Below, one piece after another: positions 60,601 through 64,000 of a DNA stretch of 64,000 nt. The notes below the pieces were generated by a model, which worked only from the letters and a program-made list of their open reading frames with translations, searched no databases and was not told the origin of the DNA. Every line of letters begins with the position of its first letter. Positions within the stretch are counted from its first letter, which is position 1. The stretch is taken from NCBI GenBank assembly GCA_977020255.1, contig CDROCS010002027.1, forward strand, positions 1 through 64,000, given 5' to 3'. This DNA is from Obrimoposthia wandeli. Taxonomy: Eukaryota. Both the position numbers and the translations under genes were made by a program.

Positions 60601-62787
60601 CTACCGTATTGATAAACTGATAAAAAAAGCCATCTCTAACGCTTTGTCATGTAAGCTTTTAAAGCGCCCTGCCGCGCCGCCGTGCCCTGCATCCATATCG
60701 GTTTTAAACACTAAAATATTGCTATCTGTTTTGTATTCGCGCAATTTTGCTACCCACTTCATTGGTTCAAAATACTGCACTTGGGAGTCATGTAAGCCTG
60801 TAGTGACTAAAATATGCGGATAACCTTGTGCTGCTATATTATCAATCGGCGAATATTTCAAGATCGTTTGATAATCATCATAGTTATTCGGATTGCCCCA
60901 TTCATCATACTCATTGGTGGTTAGGGGAATGCTTTCATCTAACATGGTTGTAACCACATCAACGAAGGGTACATGCGCACCTATCGCTAAATATAGCTGT
61001 GGAGCTTGGTTTAAAATGGCGCCCATTAATAATCCACCAGCACTGCCGCCACTGGCACATATTTTATCCGCAGCGCCATAACCTTTTGTTATCAAATAAT
61101 GAGTGACATCGACAAAGTCGTTAAAGGTATTTTGCTTAAAGGATTTTTTACCTTGCTCATACCACTGCCTACCCAGCATTTCTGATCCGCGTACATGTGC
61201 GATAACAAACACAAAACCGCGATCAAGTAAGCTTAGCGTGCTACTGGAAAAACTAGGATCGATAGTTATGCCATAAGCGCCATATGCGTATTGTAATACT
61301 GGATTAGTACCATCTTTTTTAAATAAATCTTGTCGATATACAATCGAAATCGGTATTTCAGTTTGTTGATTCGCGTCATTAAAATCGCTTTCACGCGCGC
61401 TTACGAAACGTCGTTCTGAGGTGTAATTACTGGCGTTAAAGTCACCGAGCACTTGTTGCTGTTTTAGCAATGTGCGCTCCCCTGTCGCTAGATCAAAAGC
61501 GTACCATGAAGCAGGCGTGGTTAAGCTTGAGTAATAGATACGCAGAGAATCGCTGCTGGGGTCCGGATTCTCGTCGATCTCGGCTAAGTAACATTGATCA
61601 TCAAACTGCAGCGCATAATCTCTTGAATTATCAAGCGTATTTTTTACCTTAAAACTTAGCTGGCCGTTTTCGCGTATGCTCACCACTAAATAGTTATCGA
61701 ACAGTTCTACTGATTCTAATAAAACGCTATCACTGTGTGGCACCAATTCTTGCCATTTATTTCTGTCATTAACATCTTGTTGATGTGCGCACATTAAACG
61801 GAAATTTTTTGCCTGCCAGTTGCTCACGATATAATAATAATCGCCCAGTTTATCCACTTGATATTCATGCTGCGCATCATAGCCAACTAATGGGATAAAA
61901 TTAGCAAAAGGGGTATTAGCGTCTAGCGTTAAGGTATCGGTTGAATCCGTAGCCTCTAAATAAATAAACAGCATTGAATCATCGCGGCTTTTACCTAAAC
62001 TCATATAAAAGCTATGATCTTGTTGCTCGTATACGAGCTCATCTGCCTGCTGCTGGGTACCTAGTTTATGGCGATAAACTTGAGTACCCAACAATGTTTG
62101 CAAGTCTTTTTTAATATAGAAAACGTGCTGGTTATCATTCGCCCAAACCAAATCACCCTCTGTACCGATGAGTGAATCCGCTAACAAACTATCTGTTTCG
62201 ATCTCTTTAAAAGAGATGGTGTAAATACGGCGACTATCAATATCTTCTGAGAAACTTAGTAACTTATCGTCGGGGCTGATAGAAAGTTCCCCTAGATCAT
62301 AGTATTCATACTGTTCGGCGCGCTGGTTCGCATCGAGTAATAAGCAATGCTCGGTACTGTGCTGTGCTTGGGTGCGATAAAAACAGGCGAATTCTTGCTC
62401 GCCATGTACTTGGGTGAAATACCAATACTTGCCATCTTTAGCAGGAATACTTTGATCATCTTTAACGATGCGTGATTTAAGCTCTTCAAAAATGGATGTT
62501 TGCAGTGCTTGCTGAGGCTTTAAAACAGCATCAGCATAATCATTTTCGGCCTTTAGGTGCTCAAGCACTGCTTTGTCTTGGCGACTGTCATCACGCATCC
62601 AATAATAATTATCAATGCGCTGCAGCTGATGGTTTTCTAACGTGTAAGGTATTTTTTTAGCGATTGGTGCACAAAGTATACTACGCGCGGCGATAGCTTC
62701 ATCGCTTAACAATGAATGACTTACGTTTAATAAGCTTAAGTTATTAGAAGTATCGGTGTTAGCAGCATTGTAATTAGAATCAGGCAC
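60601..62787 (-). CDS. ptrB: Oligopeptidase B (protease II, S9A), GTG start
   Basis: DNYYWMRD, YAYGAYG, HVRG...G..WYE.GK, GGSAGGLL catalytic Ser, HDSQV.Y.EP.KWVAKLR, GHGG. Confidence 0.93.
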   Translation of the reverse strand: MPDSNYNAANTDTSNNLSLLNVSHSLLSDEAIAARSILCAPIAKKIPYTLENHQLQRIDNYYWMRDDSRQDKAVLEHLKAENDYADAVLKPQQALQTSIFEELKSRIVKDDQSIPAKDGKYWYFTQVHGEQEFACFYRTQAQHSTEHCLLLDANQRAEQYEYYDLGELSISPDDKLLSFSEDIDSRRIYTISFKEIETDSLLADSLIGTEGDLVWANDNQHVFYIKKDLQTLLGTQVYRHKLGTQQQADELVYEQQDHSFYMSLGKSRDDSMLFIYLEATDSTDTLTLDANTPFANFIPLVGYDAQHEYQVDKLGDYYYIVSNWQAKNFRLMCAHQQDVNDRNKWQELVPHSDSVLLESVELFDNYLVVSIRENGQLSFKVKNTLDNSRDYALQFDDQCYLAEIDENPDPSSDSLRIYYSSLTTPASWYAFDLATGERTLLKQQQVLGDFNASNYTSERRFVSARESDFNDANQQTEIPISIVYRQDLFKKDGTNPVLQYAYGAYGITIDPSFSSSTLSLLDRGFVFVIAHVRGSEMLGRQWYEQGKKSFKQNTFNDFVDVTHYLITKGYGAADKICASGGSAGGLLMGAILNQAPQLYLAIGAHVPFVDVVTTMLDESIPLTTNEYDEWGNPNNYDDYQTILKYSPIDNIAAQGYPHILVTTGLHDSQVQYFEPMKWVAKLREYKTDSNILVFKTDMDAGHGGAAGRFKSLHDKALEMAFFISLSIR

Positions 62788-62859
62788 TTAATTATTTCTC
62801 ATCAAAAAAACTAAGTGTAACCAAAATACGGCTGATTTTATACGCCTGCTTTCATGCGA

Positions 62860-63654
62860 CTACTTTACTAACTTCTGCAACGCTTGGTAATCAGCTAGCA
62901 TTGCTAAATGCTGCTGGTAATGCGCACTTTGTTTGTTGTTGCTTCTTAATGATTTTTCGCAGTGTTGCATGGTTTGTTGTAAATAGTTTTTAGCTTGGGT
63001 ATCAAATGGCTGCCAAAGTAATGAGCCGCTAGGTATTAAAGGTGTTGGTTTACGCAAATCACCGTTACCTTCAAGACTTTGGGCATTAGCTAAGTGAATA
63101 ATTTCGTAATAGCGCTGGTTTTCTTGCACTAGCTCTTCATTTAGCACAGCAAGTTCAAAAGGCTTTAGCCCCAATCGCAATTTATATTGATGGCGCACTG
63201 GGCAAAGTAGGAACTCGAGTTTAAAGCCTGCAAATTTATGCAAAAGCTGCTGTACCATATGCAGAGTTTGTTCGCCGCCGACGCCTGCTATCACAATTAA
63301 ATGCGTTTGTTGCTTATCTATCGTGGCTAGTGGTAAATCTAACACGTCAATGGTATGAAGCTGCCAAGCAAGGCGAGAGTCAGCATCACTGATTGGAAAA
63401 TGATTGGTTAATGTTTGTTGCAGATCTTGCATTATGCTGGGGATTATATCGACAAAATGAACTTGCGCAGCGACCTTTTCTGCAAGCAATAGCATTCCTA
63501 AATGGCCGTGATCACAGCAGCAATCCCAAATATGTTGATAATATTTTGGCCTGTGTTCAGCCATACTGTCACTGGGTTTTTTAGGTACTGCTTCTTTAGA
63601 AGAGCTGTGCGTTATAATATCTGCTATACATTGCAGTCGCTGGCTAATTTTCAA
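62860..63654 (-). CDS. TrmK-like SAM-dependent methyltransferase (tRNA m1A22 family)
   Basis: MKISQRL, WDCCCDHGHLG, FVDI, IAGVGGE, LCPV, E.LVQENQRYYEII. Confidence 0.75.
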   Translation of the reverse strand: MKISQRLQCIADIITHSSSKEAVPKKPSDSMAEHRPKYYQHIWDCCCDHGHLGMLLLAEKVAAQVHFVDIIPSIMQDLQQTLTNHFPISDADSRLAWQLHTIDVLDLPLATIDKQQTHLIVIAGVGGEQTLHMVQQLLHKFAGFKLEFLLCPVRHQYKLRLGLKPFELAVLNEELVQENQRYYEIIHLANAQSLEGNGDLRKPTPLIPSGSLLWQPFDTQAKNYLQQTMQHCEKSLRSNNKQSAHYQQHLAMLADYQALQKLVK

Positions 63655-63708
63655 TATTTGACCTTTGGGTACTAAAAATCAGCCATTGTAGTGATAAATT
63701 TCTGCGTT

Positions 63709-64000
63709 TTAAAGTGCCAATTGACGTTGCTCTGGCAACCCCATTGATATCACTAATGGATGGTTAGATTGCTGCCTTTCAATAAAGTCTTGTTTGCAGC
63801 TTAACCCTTGCCAATTTATATCAATCAAACTTTGTGCAACTGCCCCGCCTAAGGTCGTTCCCGGCCCCAGTATAATTAGCTGATCAGGCGAAAACTCGCG
63901 CACGGCCACTTGAATCGCTTTGGTGAAGTTATAGGTATCTGTTACTTGCTCGCCTAAGGTGTAATCCCATAACTGCTCAGGATCAGTAGAATAGGGGCTC
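63709..64000 (-). CDS. C-terminal fragment of an ACP S-malonyltransferase-like protein; 5' end lies beyond the window
   Basis: Open frame to the window edge: LWDYTLGEQV..TYNFTKAIQVAVREFSPDQLIILGPGTTLGGAVAQSLI. Confidence 0.6.
   Translation of the reverse strand, partial: SPYSTDPEQLWDYTLGEQVTDTYNFTKAIQVAVREFSPDQLIILGPGTTLGGAVAQSLIDINWQGLSCKQDFIERQQSNHPLVISMGLPEQRQLAL

Overview
A 64-kb stretch of an AT-rich gammaproteobacterial chromosome. The gene order (gltA / sdhCDAB-sucAB-lpdA-sucC; gltX-tRNA-Ala; rlmKL-rmf-pyrD) suggests a marine Oceanospirillales/Pseudomonadales-like lineage; this is inference, not a taxonomic call. It is mostly housekeeping: TCA cluster, gltX plus two tRNA-Ala(GGC), MFS, mlaA, a porin, hrpA, an M23 peptidase-bactofilin-YafJ module, ppnN, mqo, yidD, mscS, recCBD, rlmKL, rmf, pyrD, a complete arginine-to-spermidine (carboxyspermidine route) operon, a LysR regulator, oligopeptidase B and a TrmK-like methyltransferase. 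I found no integrase, transposase, phage genes, CRISPR array or recognisable defence system. The unexplained signal is mainly non-coding. (1) A GC-rich, heavily base-paired ~370-nt candidate ncRNA at ~34500-34870 matches no family I recognise. (2) DnaA boxes flank the SH3 gene, including a DARS-like back-to-back cluster at 35934-35967, with no sign of a replication-strand switch. (3) A REP/BIME-like array built from 9-bp modules lies at 58197-58624. (4) There are two different MITE-like elements, one inserted in the loop of a terminator. (5) Short TAGAA-core microsatellites follow minus-strand genes. (6) A three-gene VWA/orphan/lipoprotein islet sits between gltA and gltX. sucC at the window start is broken by many small indels, most likely low-quality sequence.
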